Assembly: GCA_016715625.1 (NCBI GenBank) | Contig: JADJZU010000013.1 | Location: 28,397 to 92,396, forward strand | DNA length: 64,000 bases | Source: Bacteroidota bacterium | GTDB taxonomy: Bacteria; Bacteroidota; Bacteroidia; Chitinophagales; LD1 | Reading direction: 5' to 3' | Shown: positions 39,715-48,610 of the stretch, piece by piece | Layout: each line of letters opens with the position of its first letter | Numbering within the stretch: position 1 is the stretch's first letter | The notes under the pieces: generated by a model | Told to the model about the DNA's origin: nothing | Database searches by the model: none | What the model saw: the letters and a program-made list of their open reading frames with translations, nothing else | Program-made: the position numbers and the translations under genes

Positions 39715-40834
39715 TATAAAAACGCACAATTTCAGCAGTAATGTAATTAATCTCTTCCTCTGTTAGCTCGTAAAAAAGAGGTAACCGCACGAGCGTATCT
39801 GTGTAAAAATCGGCCATGGCCAAGTTGCGCCCGTCATGCTTACTCTCATAGTAAGGGCTTTTGTGCAGGCTTAAGTAATGAAAAACAGTTTGGATATCTT
39901 TTTGCTTTAAATGTGCAATCAGTCGGGTTCGCTCTTCCAAATTGGCGGTGACCAGGTAGAACATATGCGCATTATTGGTGGCATAGTCCGGAATCATTGG
40001 CAATTTCAGTTTACCCGCGTTTGACAGCGGTAGCAATTGCTTAAAATATTGCTGCCAGATATTTTTCCGCTTTTCTTGTATCTGCTCTTTATTTTCCAAT
40101 TGCGCATAAAGTACAGCGGAAATAATATCGGATGGCAGAAAAGAAGAGCCCACATCTACCCATCCATATTTATCCACTTCTCCTCTGAAAAATTGGCTCC
40201 TGTTGGTGCCTTTTTCCCTTATAATTTCTGCGCGTTTAGCAAACTGCAGGTCATTGATTACCAGCAAACCTCCCTCGCCACTGATAATATTCTTGGTTTC
40301 GTGAAAACTGAATGCTGCTAAGTGACCAATGCCGCCAAGTGGTTTGCCTTTGTAATAACTATCTATTGCTTGTGCCGCATCCTCGATCACAAAAAGGTTG
40401 TACTTATTAGCCAGCGCCATTATACTATCCATGTCACACGCAATGCCGGCATAGTGAACAGGAACGATAGCCTTGGTGCGTTGAGTGATTAAGGCTTCCA
40501 AAGAGGAAGTATCCATATTCGGGTTGTCTTTGCCGGAATCGGCAAAAACAATTTTTGCGCCTCTCAATACAAACGCGTTCGCAGTGGATACAAATGTATA
40601 GGAGGGGATAATGACTTCATCACCCGGTTGTATATCAATCAAAATAGCGGCCATTTCCAATGCATCGGTGCAGGAAGTAGTCAGCAGACATTTTTTGAAT
40701 TCATAAGCTGTTTCAAAGTAAGTGTGGCATTTTTTGGTAAACATACCATCGCCCGATATCTTCATGCTTTTAACGGCTTCCTCTATATAGGTAGTTTCCT
40801 TGCCGGTAAAATAGGGCTTGTTGAAAGGGATCAT
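39707..40834 (-). CDS. wecE: dTDP-4-amino-4,6-dideoxyhexose transaminase (WecE/RffA-like DegT family)
   Basis: MIPFNKPYFTGKETTYIEEAVKSMKISGDGMFTKKCHTYFE is the characteristic WecE N-terminus. The PLP-lysine context is FSFHETKNIISGEGG. The ATGA overlaps the upstream gene. Confidence 0.75.
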   Translation of the reverse strand: MIPFNKPYFTGKETTYIEEAVKSMKISGDGMFTKKCHTYFETAYEFKKCLLTTSCTDALEMAAILIDIQPGDEVIIPSYTFVSTANAFVLRGAKIVFADSGKDNPNMDTSSLEALITQRTKAIVPVHYAGIACDMDSIMALANKYNLFVIEDAAQAIDSYYKGKPLGGIGHLAAFSFHETKNIISGEGGLLVINDLQFAKRAEIIREKGTNRSQFFRGEVDKYGWVDVGSSFLPSDIISAVLYAQLENKEQIQEKRKNIWQQYFKQLLPLSNAGKLKLPMIPDYATNNAHMFYLVTANLEERTRLIAHLKQKDIQTVFHYLSLHKSPYYESKHDGRNLAMADFYTDTLVRLPLFYELTEEEINYITAEIVRFYNG

Positions 40835-41466
40835 TTTGAACGAAGTTTTGCAGGACAACCAATATACAATCCTTTTTCGGTAATTGACTTTACGACCACA
40901 GCACCCGCACCCGTCTTTACTCCATTGCACATTGTTACATTGTCACTTACCACGGTGCCTATGCCCAAAACTGTATTATCTCCTGTGTTAGAGAATCCTG
41001 CGATGCTTACAGATGGAGAAAGAATAGTGTGATTACCTACCCGAGAGTCATGGGCTATCACACAGCCGTTGTAGATGATGGTATTTTTACCAATACGCAC
41101 ATTCATATCGGCAATTACACCCGGGTACAAAAAAGAACCTTCACCAATCCGGCAAGTCGAATCTATAGTACAAGAAGGATGAATTATAGTGCCGAATGGA
41201 ATCTTGCCGGCATACAAATTATAGATCTCTTCTCTTTTTTGCATGTGCTTATACCCAATTCCAATCATTAACACATCGAATGTTCCCGATTCAAAATGAT
41301 GAAGCACCTTCCCGATTCCACCTTTCACAGGTAATCCGTGTCGGGTATCTCCGTCCGCCATATAGTCATCAAAAAGGCAGGTAGGCAAATAACTATCACT
41401 CCCTTTGGAATGATGAATGATTTGCTGTGCCAAATCTCCGGACCCTATGATGGCTAATCTTTTCAT
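40831..41466 (-). CDS. NeuD/PglD-family sugar N-acyltransferase (left-handed beta-helix)
   Basis: N-terminal Rossmann-like MKRLAIIGSGDLAQQIIHH, then hexapeptide repeats (IGEGSFLYPGVIADMNVRIGKNTIIYNGCVIAHDSRVGNHTILSPSVSIAG). Confidence 0.8.
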   Translation of the reverse strand: MKRLAIIGSGDLAQQIIHHSKGSDSYLPTCLFDDYMADGDTRHGLPVKGGIGKVLHHFESGTFDVLMIGIGYKHMQKREEIYNLYAGKIPFGTIIHPSCTIDSTCRIGEGSFLYPGVIADMNVRIGKNTIIYNGCVIAHDSRVGNHTILSPSVSIAGFSNTGDNTVLGIGTVVSDNVTMCNGVKTGAGAVVVKSITEKGLYIGCPAKLRSK

Positions 41467-41469
41467 CGA

Positions 41470-42147
41470 TTAAAAATAGTTGACTGCAGATTCCCCGCAA
41501 TTGAAGATTAAATCTAAAATACTCACTCCGTGCGTAAAAGGTGGGTAGAGCTGTTGGTATTCAGGGTATTTGGTATAGTCCATCCAGGCTACTTCAATCC
41601 CCTTATCGTGGAACGCTTTTTCGTCCAGATAACTTTTGGCAGCCGGACCGGACAGATAATAATTGCCATTTAGTTTGCATACCGCTTCAATAAGCCGCTC
41701 GTTTTTATCGCCCTGTAAGTTCAATTCGCGGGAGTCAATGATGGTAGTCTCAATACCCAATAAGCCATTGATAGTTTTAATAAACGTCAAGTTGATTTCT
41801 GACAGAAACTCAGACCGCGAACTCATGTAGGTTTGATAAAACACTTCTTCATACTTTTTGAAGTAAGGGGCGCGGGTATAGTTCCCCTTAATCGTGTTCC
41901 AGTGTTTCACATTCCAGTTGGGTAAGGTTACCTGCGTTTCATAAATCTTTTGCGCTAAAGATGTTTGCCGGCAAGGAATCGTTATCCAGGAAGGGCCGGT
42001 GGGTGTTTTAATCAGGTTCCTGTTTCGCCAATCATTCTTGGTATACTGCACCTCATCATATATCACAAAAACATCTACCGATTTAATGAGGTCAAAATAC
42101 CCTTTCCACGGAATGTAGTTAGACTGTAGAATGGCTACTTTTTTCAT
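41470..42147 (-). CDS. WbqC-family protein
   Basis: MKKVAILQSNYIPWKGYFDLI... and ...HGVSILDLIFNCG match the WbqC family pattern. Confidence 0.75.
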   Translation of the reverse strand: MKKVAILQSNYIPWKGYFDLIKSVDVFVIYDEVQYTKNDWRNRNLIKTPTGPSWITIPCRQTSLAQKIYETQVTLPNWNVKHWNTIKGNYTRAPYFKKYEEVFYQTYMSSRSEFLSEINLTFIKTINGLLGIETTIIDSRELNLQGDKNERLIEAVCKLNGNYYLSGPAAKSYLDEKAFHDKGIEVAWMDYTKYPEYQQLYPPFTHGVSILDLIFNCGESAVNYF

Positions 42148-42174
42148 AATTAATTAAAGCAAAAGCAGGGCTGA

Positions 42175-43407
42175 CTATTCCCATTTTAATTGAGGTCTCA
42201 CCACCCCGTTTACTTTCCCAAAATAAGCATAGCCTCTGTCGGTTTCTTTTACTTCAAACTGAACCAGTTCCGATTTGGAGAACACCGGCCTGCGTTCTTC
42301 ATCTATAAAATAGACGGTAATGCTGTAAATATCATCGTTGAGGAAATTTCCCGGAATGGTGCACTTCGCTTTAAACAGTTCGTTGGGGGATACGAAAAGG
42401 CTGGTGGCCGTACTAAACACGGTTTGCTCTCTGATATTGACCAAGTCAAAGCATAAAGTTATCTGTTGATTGGGCAACATATTCCAAAACTCAAACAGCA
42501 CCGAGATGTCATCTTCCAAATCTATTTCATCGGGCGATACCGACACCTGTTTAATCTTAATCAAATCATTGCCCAGGGCCGTTTCTTTATTTTCAAACTG
42601 TATGTTTTGCCGGATGTTGTCGCTGTTAATCTTGATGTATTCATTGACTACATCATGCGTTCTTCCGGTGGAAATTATCTTGCCATGCTTGAGTAAAATG
42701 GCCTTGTTGCAAAGCGCATTCACGGCCGTCATGTTATGGCTTACGAACAGAACCGTTCGTCCCTGCCCGCTCACGTCTTTCATTTTCCCCAAACACTTCT
42801 TTTGAAATTCCGCATCACCCACTGCCAATACTTCATCAATAATCAATATTTCAGGCTCCAGGTGCGCTGCCACTGCAAATGCCAGCCGCACATACATCCC
42901 CGAAGAGTATCGCTTCACAGGCGTGTCAATGTATTTCTCTACTCCGCTAAAGGCTACAATTTCGTCAAACTTTGCTTTGATTTCTGATTTCTGCATACCC
43001 AAAATGGCACCATTCAGAAATACGTTCTCCCTTCCGGTCAGTTCCGGGTGAAATCCGGTGCCCACTTCCAGTGGCGATGCTATTCTACCTCTTACTTTGA
43101 TGTCGCCCTTGGTGGGTCCGGTTACTTTAGAGAGAATTTTCAGCAAGGTTGATTTGCCGGCTCCATTTTTACCGATAATGCCAAGCACCTCGCCTTTTTC
43201 TACTGAGAAATTAACATCTTCCAGCGCCCAAACATACTCACCGGATGTTTTTTGAGTTCGGTTATTTACCTCCGTTATCTTTTCGTAGGGGTCTTCCTTG
43301 CCACGCACTTTGTACCACCATCGGTTCAGGTCATGCGAGATAGTTCCGGTGCTCACCTGACCCAAACGATACTGCTTATAAAGGTTCTCTACTTTGATTA
43401 CATCCAT
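42175..43407 (-). CDS. wzt: Polysaccharide ABC exporter ATP-binding protein with a C-terminal substrate-binding extension (Wzt/TagH-like)
   Basis: Walker A GKNGAGKSTLLK, signature YSSGMYVRLAFA and Walker B ILIIDEVLAVGD. An extra C-terminal domain of about 160 aa follows the NBD, as in Wzt proteins. Confidence 0.85.
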   Translation of the reverse strand: MDVIKVENLYKQYRLGQVSTGTISHDLNRWWYKVRGKEDPYEKITEVNNRTQKTSGEYVWALEDVNFSVEKGEVLGIIGKNGAGKSTLLKILSKVTGPTKGDIKVRGRIASPLEVGTGFHPELTGRENVFLNGAILGMQKSEIKAKFDEIVAFSGVEKYIDTPVKRYSSGMYVRLAFAVAAHLEPEILIIDEVLAVGDAEFQKKCLGKMKDVSGQGRTVLFVSHNMTAVNALCNKAILLKHGKIISTGRTHDVVNEYIKINSDNIRQNIQFENKETALGNDLIKIKQVSVSPDEIDLEDDISVLFEFWNMLPNQQITLCFDLVNIREQTVFSTATSLFVSPNELFKAKCTIPGNFLNDDIYSITVYFIDEERRPVFSKSELVQFEVKETDRGYAYFGKVNGVVRPQLKWE

Positions 43408-43416
43408 AATCTGAAA

Positions 43417-44281
43417 CTAAACGGTATCCATAAAGCTTTTTTCTACCTGATTAAAAATGACGATACCAACAGCCAACACAACTACGCTAAAAACGGTCGT
43501 ATAAACTAACCCGGATACATCCAGATAGCCGACATTGAAAAAAGCATAGCGCATGGTTTCAATAATAGGGGTGAGTGGATTGAGGGCGATAATGGTATGC
43601 AGCTTGCCGGTAGTATAACTCAGCGGATAGATAACCGGGGTGGCATACATCAGTAACTGAATGCCGAATTGCAGCAGAAAAGTTAAGTCGCGGTATTTGG
43701 TGGTTAAAGACGAAAAAATAATACCTAAGCCTAAACCCATAATGGCCATCAACACCACTAAGTAGGGTACTAACAGGATAGAAGAATTGATGGAGACCTG
43801 TAGCACCAGTAGCCACCAGGTAAGCCCAAATACCCACAAACAGCACAGTCTGTATTCCCAGTTTAATCAGGTTGGAAATAACAATGGAAACGGGTGATAC
43901 CAATCTGGGGAAGTAAACCTTGCCGAAAATGCTGGCGTTGGATACAAAAGTGTTGGAGGTCTTATTGAAACAATCGGAGAAGTAGTTCCAAAGGGTAATG
44001 CCGGAGAGGTAAAACAGGACAGGATGAATATTATTGGTGGAAATCCGAGCCACTTTGGTAAACACCACCATAAAAATCAGTGTGGTAAAAACGGGCTGTA
44101 TCACCAGCCAGATCGGACCCAGAATGGTCTGCTTGTAAACCGATACAAAATCGCGTTTTACAAAAAGCATTATCAGGTCGCGATAGCGCCACAGTTCTGC
44201 GAGATTTATATCAAGAAGACCTTTTTTGGGACTTATAACTTCGGTCCATTCGCCCTCATTGCCCAATACTGAATTTGCCAT
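43417..44281 (-). pseudogene. wzm: ABC-2 type polysaccharide exporter permease (Wzm-like) with one frame break
   Basis: ORF 43559-44281 starts well (ELWRYRDLIMLFVKRDFVSVYKQTILGPIWLVIQP) but turns into nonsense after ...LFVGIWAYL. The correct continuation (...LVLQVSINSSILLVPYLVVLMAIMGLGLGIIFSSLTTKYRDLTFLLQFGIQLLMYATPVIYP) is in ORF 43417-43839. The shift lies somewhere in about 43800-43840. Confidence 0.8.
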
Positions 44282-44416
44282 TTACCGGAATAAAGTCGTG
44301 AATGTAAAAAGTTATCACAAATGGAACGTCCACGCGCAAGGGAGCCATCGTGCATAATGCCAATGCAGGATATCATTAACTCGTATACATTCGCGACTTC
44401 TACTAAATCAAATCAC

Positions 44417-45496
44417 ATGAAAGAAACAGTTCTCACTTCATTACACATTTCGCTAGGGGCCAAAATGGCTGAGTTTGCGGGATACAATATGCCTATTGTT
44501 TACTCCGGTATTAACGAAGAGCACCGAGCCGTGCGAAACAGTGTGGGTGTTTTTGATGTGAGCCACATGGGCGAGTTTATGCTCAAGGGCGACAAAGCCT
44601 TAGACCTTATTCAGTTGGTTACTACCAACGATGCTTCTAAGCTGGCGGATGGTAAAGTGCAATATTCCTGCATGCCCAACGACCAGGGCGGCATTGTGGA
44701 TGACCTGCTGGTGTATCGCTGGAATCAAAACGAATACTACCTGGTGGTGAACGCCTCCAACATTGAAAAAGACTGGAACTGGATTAAGCAGCACAACACG
44801 TTTGGGGTAGAGATGACCAATATGAGTGATGAGATGAGCCTGCTGGCAGTGCAGGGTCCTCAGGCGCTGAAAACATTACAAAAGCTGACGGACATTAACC
44901 TGTCGGACATTCCTTATTATGCTTATGCAGCCGGTAAAATGGCCGGCATAGACGATGTGATTATTTCCAACACCGGCTACACCGGAGCAGGCGGTTTCGA
45001 GATTTATGTATGGAACAAAGACGCCCGCGCCATGTGGGATGCCATTTTTGAGGCAGGCAAAGAGTTTGGTATTGTGCCTTGTGGTTTGGCTTGCCGCGAT
45101 ACCCTGCGATTGGAAAAAGCATTTTGCCTCTACGGACACGATATTGACGACACTACTTCGCCCATTGAAGCCGGCCTGGGTTGGATTACCAAGTTCACCA
45201 AGAAGTTTGTGATGAGCGATTACCACCAGTCCATCAAAGAGAATGGCCCTAAGAAAAAACTGGTGGGCTTTGAGATTCCCGAAAAAGGAAAGATACCCCG
45301 TCAACACTTCAAGGTGAAGGATGCTGCAGGCAATGAGATAGGAGTGGTTACTTCCGGCACACAATCGCCCACCTTAGGCAAAGCCATCGGCATGGCGTAT
45401 GTAAAAACAGAATTCAGCGCGGTGGGCTCCGAGATTTTTGTAGATATCCGTAACCAGCCGGTAAAGGCTATCGTTGTAAAAACGCCTTTCTTATAG
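44417..45496 (+). CDS. gcvT: Glycine cleavage system aminomethyltransferase (T protein)
   Basis: From the ATG at 44417: [54 protein letters not shown], and [44 protein letters not shown]. Confidence 0.92.
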   Translation: MKETVLTSLHISLGAKMAEFAGYNMPIVYSGINEEHRAVRNSVGVFDVSHMGEFMLKGDKALDLIQLVTTNDASKLADGKVQYSCMPNDQGGIVDDLLVYRWNQNEYYLVVNASNIEKDWNWIKQHNTFGVEMTNMSDEMSLLAVQGPQALKTLQKLTDINLSDIPYYAYAAGKMAGIDDVIISNTGYTGAGGFEIYVWNKDARAMWDAIFEAGKEFGIVPCGLACRDTLRLEKAFCLYGHDIDDTTSPIEAGLGWITKFTKKFVMSDYHQSIKENGPKKKLVGFEIPEKGKIPRQHFKVKDAAGNEIGVVTSGTQSPTLGKAIGMAYVKTEFSAVGSEIFVDIRNQPVKAIVVKTPFL

Positions 45497-45513
45497 CGTT
45501 CTGCGGAGGCGGA

Positions 45514-46764
45514 CTATTCTATATAGTCCAGGTCTTTGCCGTAGGTTTCTTCGGAGTAGTAAGCGGCTATCATGGGTACTACAATGCAGAAAGCTGCCAC
45601 AATAGCCGCACTATGCAACTGACTGAAGTGCGACTGCAAACCCTTGTAGCTAAAAATTAAAATAGGCAGGGAACCCCGGATAAAATTTGGAACGGTGGTG
45701 GCCACGGTGTTGCGGAGGTTGGTGCCAAACTGTTCGGCCGCATTGGTGACCACAATGGCCCAGAAACCGGTGCCAAAACCCAGCAAAGTAATAATGCCAT
45801 AAAAGGCAGCAGCCGAAATACCCTGTGCATTGAAGTAGAGGACAAAACCCACTCCTGTAATTCCCAGAAAAACATACAGCGCTTTTTTGCGGCTGTGCAA
45901 TACCTGACTCAGAAAACCCGAGGCAAAATCGCCCAGCGTAATACCCGAATAGGCATACATAATGGCAATGCCCGATTCCACCGTACCCACCACGCCAAGT
46001 TGTTCGGCAAAGCTCTGGCAAAACGTTACCAATATGCCGATGGTAAACCAGGTGGGAAAGCCCACTAATACACAGCGCAGGTATTTTAAAAAGCGCTCTT
46101 TGTTGTTGAACAGTTTAAAGAAATTCCCCCGGTCTACATGCTGCTCCACCAATTGCGTAAACATGCCCGATTCATACACCCCAATCCGGAGTATCAGCAA
46201 GGCCAAACCCAAGGCCCCGCCAATAAAATAGCAGGTGCGCCAGGCCGATATATCGGCACCATTATCGCTTAGCACCCGCCACATCATGCCCGCAAACACC
46301 GCCCCCGACACGCCCACAGCCGCCACCAGCATGGTGCCCCATCCGCGTTTTTCTTTGGGCAGCGATTCGGCCACCAGCGTAATGCCGGCCCCCAGCTCGC
46401 CCGCCAGGCCGATGCCGGCCACAAACCGAAGCAGTGCATAATGCCACACTTCGTTGGCAAAGCCGTTCATGATATTGGCTAAAGAATAAGTGATGATGGA
46501 ACCAAACAACACCGAAAGCCGGCCGCGCTTGTCGCCCATTACACCCCACAAAATGCCCCCCAGCAGCAGCCCGGTCATTTGTGTGTTAATCAGCATTTCT
46601 CCGGTGGCTACCAACTGCTCGGCCGGCACCCCTATATCGCGTAAGCTCGGTTTCCAGATTACGCTGAAGAGCAGCAGGTCGTAGATATCTACAAAGTAGC
46701 CAAGTGCTGCCACTATTACTGCAGCTGTAAAGATGGACCGGAAAGAGGCTAGTTTTTCTTTCAT
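45514..46764 (-). CDS. MFS transporter
   Basis: 416 aa with about 12 hydrophobic segments. It has the MFS loop motif GVMGDKRGRLSVL between TM2 and TM3. Confidence 0.8.
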   Translation of the reverse strand: MKEKLASFRSIFTAAVIVAALGYFVDIYDLLLFSVIWKPSLRDIGVPAEQLVATGEMLINTQMTGLLLGGILWGVMGDKRGRLSVLFGSIITYSLANIMNGFANEVWHYALLRFVAGIGLAGELGAGITLVAESLPKEKRGWGTMLVAAVGVSGAVFAGMMWRVLSDNGADISAWRTCYFIGGALGLALLILRIGVYESGMFTQLVEQHVDRGNFFKLFNNKERFLKYLRCVLVGFPTWFTIGILVTFCQSFAEQLGVVGTVESGIAIMYAYSGITLGDFASGFLSQVLHSRKKALYVFLGITGVGFVLYFNAQGISAAAFYGIITLLGFGTGFWAIVVTNAAEQFGTNLRNTVATTVPNFIRGSLPILIFSYKGLQSHFSQLHSAAIVAAFCIVVPMIAAYYSEETYGKDLDYIE

Positions 46765-47834
46765 ACCGAAGCGGTAGTCGGGTTACTCCGCAAATGGAAA
46801 AGTATAAAAACAGAATTGGCAATCAAGACCATGGCCCCTGCCTGATGCAGCACACCATAAAAAACCGGTATGTGCCCCGTGCAGTTCATCACCGTTACTA
46901 TACCTATCACGGCCTGCAGCAACACCGATACCGGCAACAGCCGCACACTGTTTTTCACTACGCGGTCATCGCTCATGCCTATGGCTTTCACAAAAAAGAA
47001 AAGGACTAGGGCCACCAGCACATAAGCCGTGCTGCGGTGCAGGAACTGAATCAGAATCCGGCCCCAGTAATCCTGCGCGTTGTAGGCGGTGAAGCCGGCC
47101 ATGTTGGGCTGCTCTGTCCACATCACAGCGGGTATCCATTCTCCATTGATATCGGGCCAGGTATTGGCGGCCAGGCCCGCCTTCATGCCCGACACTATGC
47201 CCCCCAAAAACAACTGCACCATCAGCAAGCCCACAATCAGGCTGAGCACCCTTTTTAAATACACACTTTCCTTCACTGCAAAGGCTGCATTGCTTCTAAA
47301 CACATAAGTGGTTAACCACACCAGATAGGCAAACAAACTGAGGGCCAATACCAGGTGAATGCTCAAATGAATGGGCGGCACATACATGCCTTTGAGCCCG
47401 TTGCTCACCATAATCCAGCCATAAATGCCAATCACCCCGCCCCACACAAACAGGGGGATGGTTTTCAGCATCAGGTCGCGGGTAAACCATTTTTTATACA
47501 GAAAAAAGGAGAAGGGGATAATGAATACAAAACCCATAAAGCGCGCCCAGAACCGATGAAAGTATTCCCAAAAATAAATCCACTTAAACTCCTGCAGCGT
47601 CATGGTTTGGTTGAGGGTTTTAAACTGCGTTACCTGTTGGTAAAGCGCAAACTCGGCCTGCCATTCCGCTTCGTTCAGCGGGGGCACTATGCCCTTTACG
47701 GGTTTCCATTCGGTAATGCTGAGCCCCGACTCGGTGAGGCGGGTAACTCCGCCTACTATCACCTGAAAAAACACCATCAGGCAGCCCGCCAGCAGCCAAA
47801 GCCCTATCCATTTGCGCGCAGTATCATTTAACAT
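46761..47834 (-). CDS. ctaA: Heme A synthase (COX15/CtaA family)
   Basis: VIVGGVTRLTESGLSITEWKPVKGIVPPLNEAEWQAEFALYQ and the conserved His contexts (YFHRFWARF, LHRSTAY). 357 aa polytopic protein. Confidence 0.8.
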   Translation of the reverse strand: MLNDTARKWIGLWLLAGCLMVFFQVIVGGVTRLTESGLSITEWKPVKGIVPPLNEAEWQAEFALYQQVTQFKTLNQTMTLQEFKWIYFWEYFHRFWARFMGFVFIIPFSFFLYKKWFTRDLMLKTIPLFVWGGVIGIYGWIMVSNGLKGMYVPPIHLSIHLVLALSLFAYLVWLTTYVFRSNAAFAVKESVYLKRVLSLIVGLLMVQLFLGGIVSGMKAGLAANTWPDINGEWIPAVMWTEQPNMAGFTAYNAQDYWGRILIQFLHRSTAYVLVALVLFFFVKAIGMSDDRVVKNSVRLLPVSVLLQAVIGIVTVMNCTGHIPVFYGVLHQAGAMVLIANSVFILFHLRSNPTTASV

Positions 47835-47897
47835 AGCTCGTATTTATTACAAGGTTCAAACATAAATCCCTTTCGCATGTTTCATTAGAAAGTGCTT

Positions 47898-48256
47898 ATG
47901 AAAAAGAATTTGTTTTTTCTCGTCTTGTTCCTCTTCAGCGGCTTGCTTTCCACCGCTATGGTAGCCGATAGCACCCACCGCCCGGAGCCCGCTGTGGAAC
48001 TGCTCAAAGTTGGCCCCGAACCTTTTCACGATTTCCTCTATTTTGATTTCAAGGTACTGACACCACCGAGCATGTGGTCAAAATTCAGATTGTGAACGAG
48101 CGGCACGAAACCGTGTTTATGGAAAAAGTATTTGTGTATCAAGGGCACGAAACCATCACCGTAAGCACCATCGACTTTCACATTGTGGGCCTTTATGCCA
48201 TTAAAATAACGGTGGATCATAAGCACCGTTACCTGCGCAAATACAAGTGGCAGTAG
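47898..48256 (+). pseudogene. Very small secreted protein made of a signal peptide plus a T9SS type-A-like C-terminal sorting domain, with one frame break
   Basis: MKKNLFFLVLFLFSGLLSTAMVA...VGPEPFHDFLYFDFK shifts frame near 48050-48058 into (G)TDTTEHVVKIQIVNERHETVFMEKVFVYQGHETITVSTIDFHIVGLYAIKITVDHKHRYLRKYKWQ. This has the beta-sandwich CTD pattern N/EPF.D.L.F.F....V.I.I.N..G..V........G...I..S....GLY.I. Confidence 0.55.
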
Positions 48257-48610
48257 CCACGGCTACATTACTTACTTATTTAATGGTGCTATTTGAGAAA
48301 GCCCAAACCGACAAGCGATGTAATGGCTGAAAAGATGCCCTCTGCCAAAGGATTGTTGAACGCAATGCTGCCCTTTTGCCCCTCCCACCATCAATAACCC
48401 AACTGCATTTGCCGTTTGATGTAGTATGGCAAAGGCTTTTTTAACCCTCTAACAGACCCCGAACATCTTTTATCCAGATTTTCCTATCACCATTTGCTAT
48501 GGCATCGCCCGAACAGCCGATGGTGTCCCTTCAAACATTGATTGTGCGAATCCTACTGTCTATTGCATTAGACTTTTTGCCTGTTTTGTAACCTTACAAG
48601 CCTTTGAATC

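Noticed and set aside
44282-44416. A glycine riboswitch upstream of gcvT.
   Set aside because: I could not find the conserved glycine-aptamer cores (GGAGAG ... CACCG/GAAGGGGCAA-like segments) in the 135-nt leader. An Rfam scan would settle this.
45494-45510. A 14-nt identity, GCGTTCTGCGGAGG, shared between the gcvT/MFS intergenic region and 53365-53378 upstream of the LysM gene. It could be a small intergenic repeat element.
   Set aside because: Several chance 14-mer matches are expected in 64 kb when both strands are considered. The flanking sequence does not extend the similarity.
45511-45529. The hairpin GGACTAT-tctat-ATAGTCC at the convergent gcvT/MFS junction, considered as a bidirectional terminator.
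   Set aside because: It is a 7-bp AT-rich stem that overlaps the MFS stop codon, and it has no U-tract on either strand.
45650-47831. Many long ORFs antisense to, or out of frame with, the MFS transporter and heme A synthase genes (for example 46262-46549, 47355-47831, 45650-46021).
   Set aside because: They lie entirely inside GC-rich membrane-protein genes. Their translations are low-complexity (Gly/Arg/Pro/His-rich) with no recognisable motifs. These are typical shadow ORFs.
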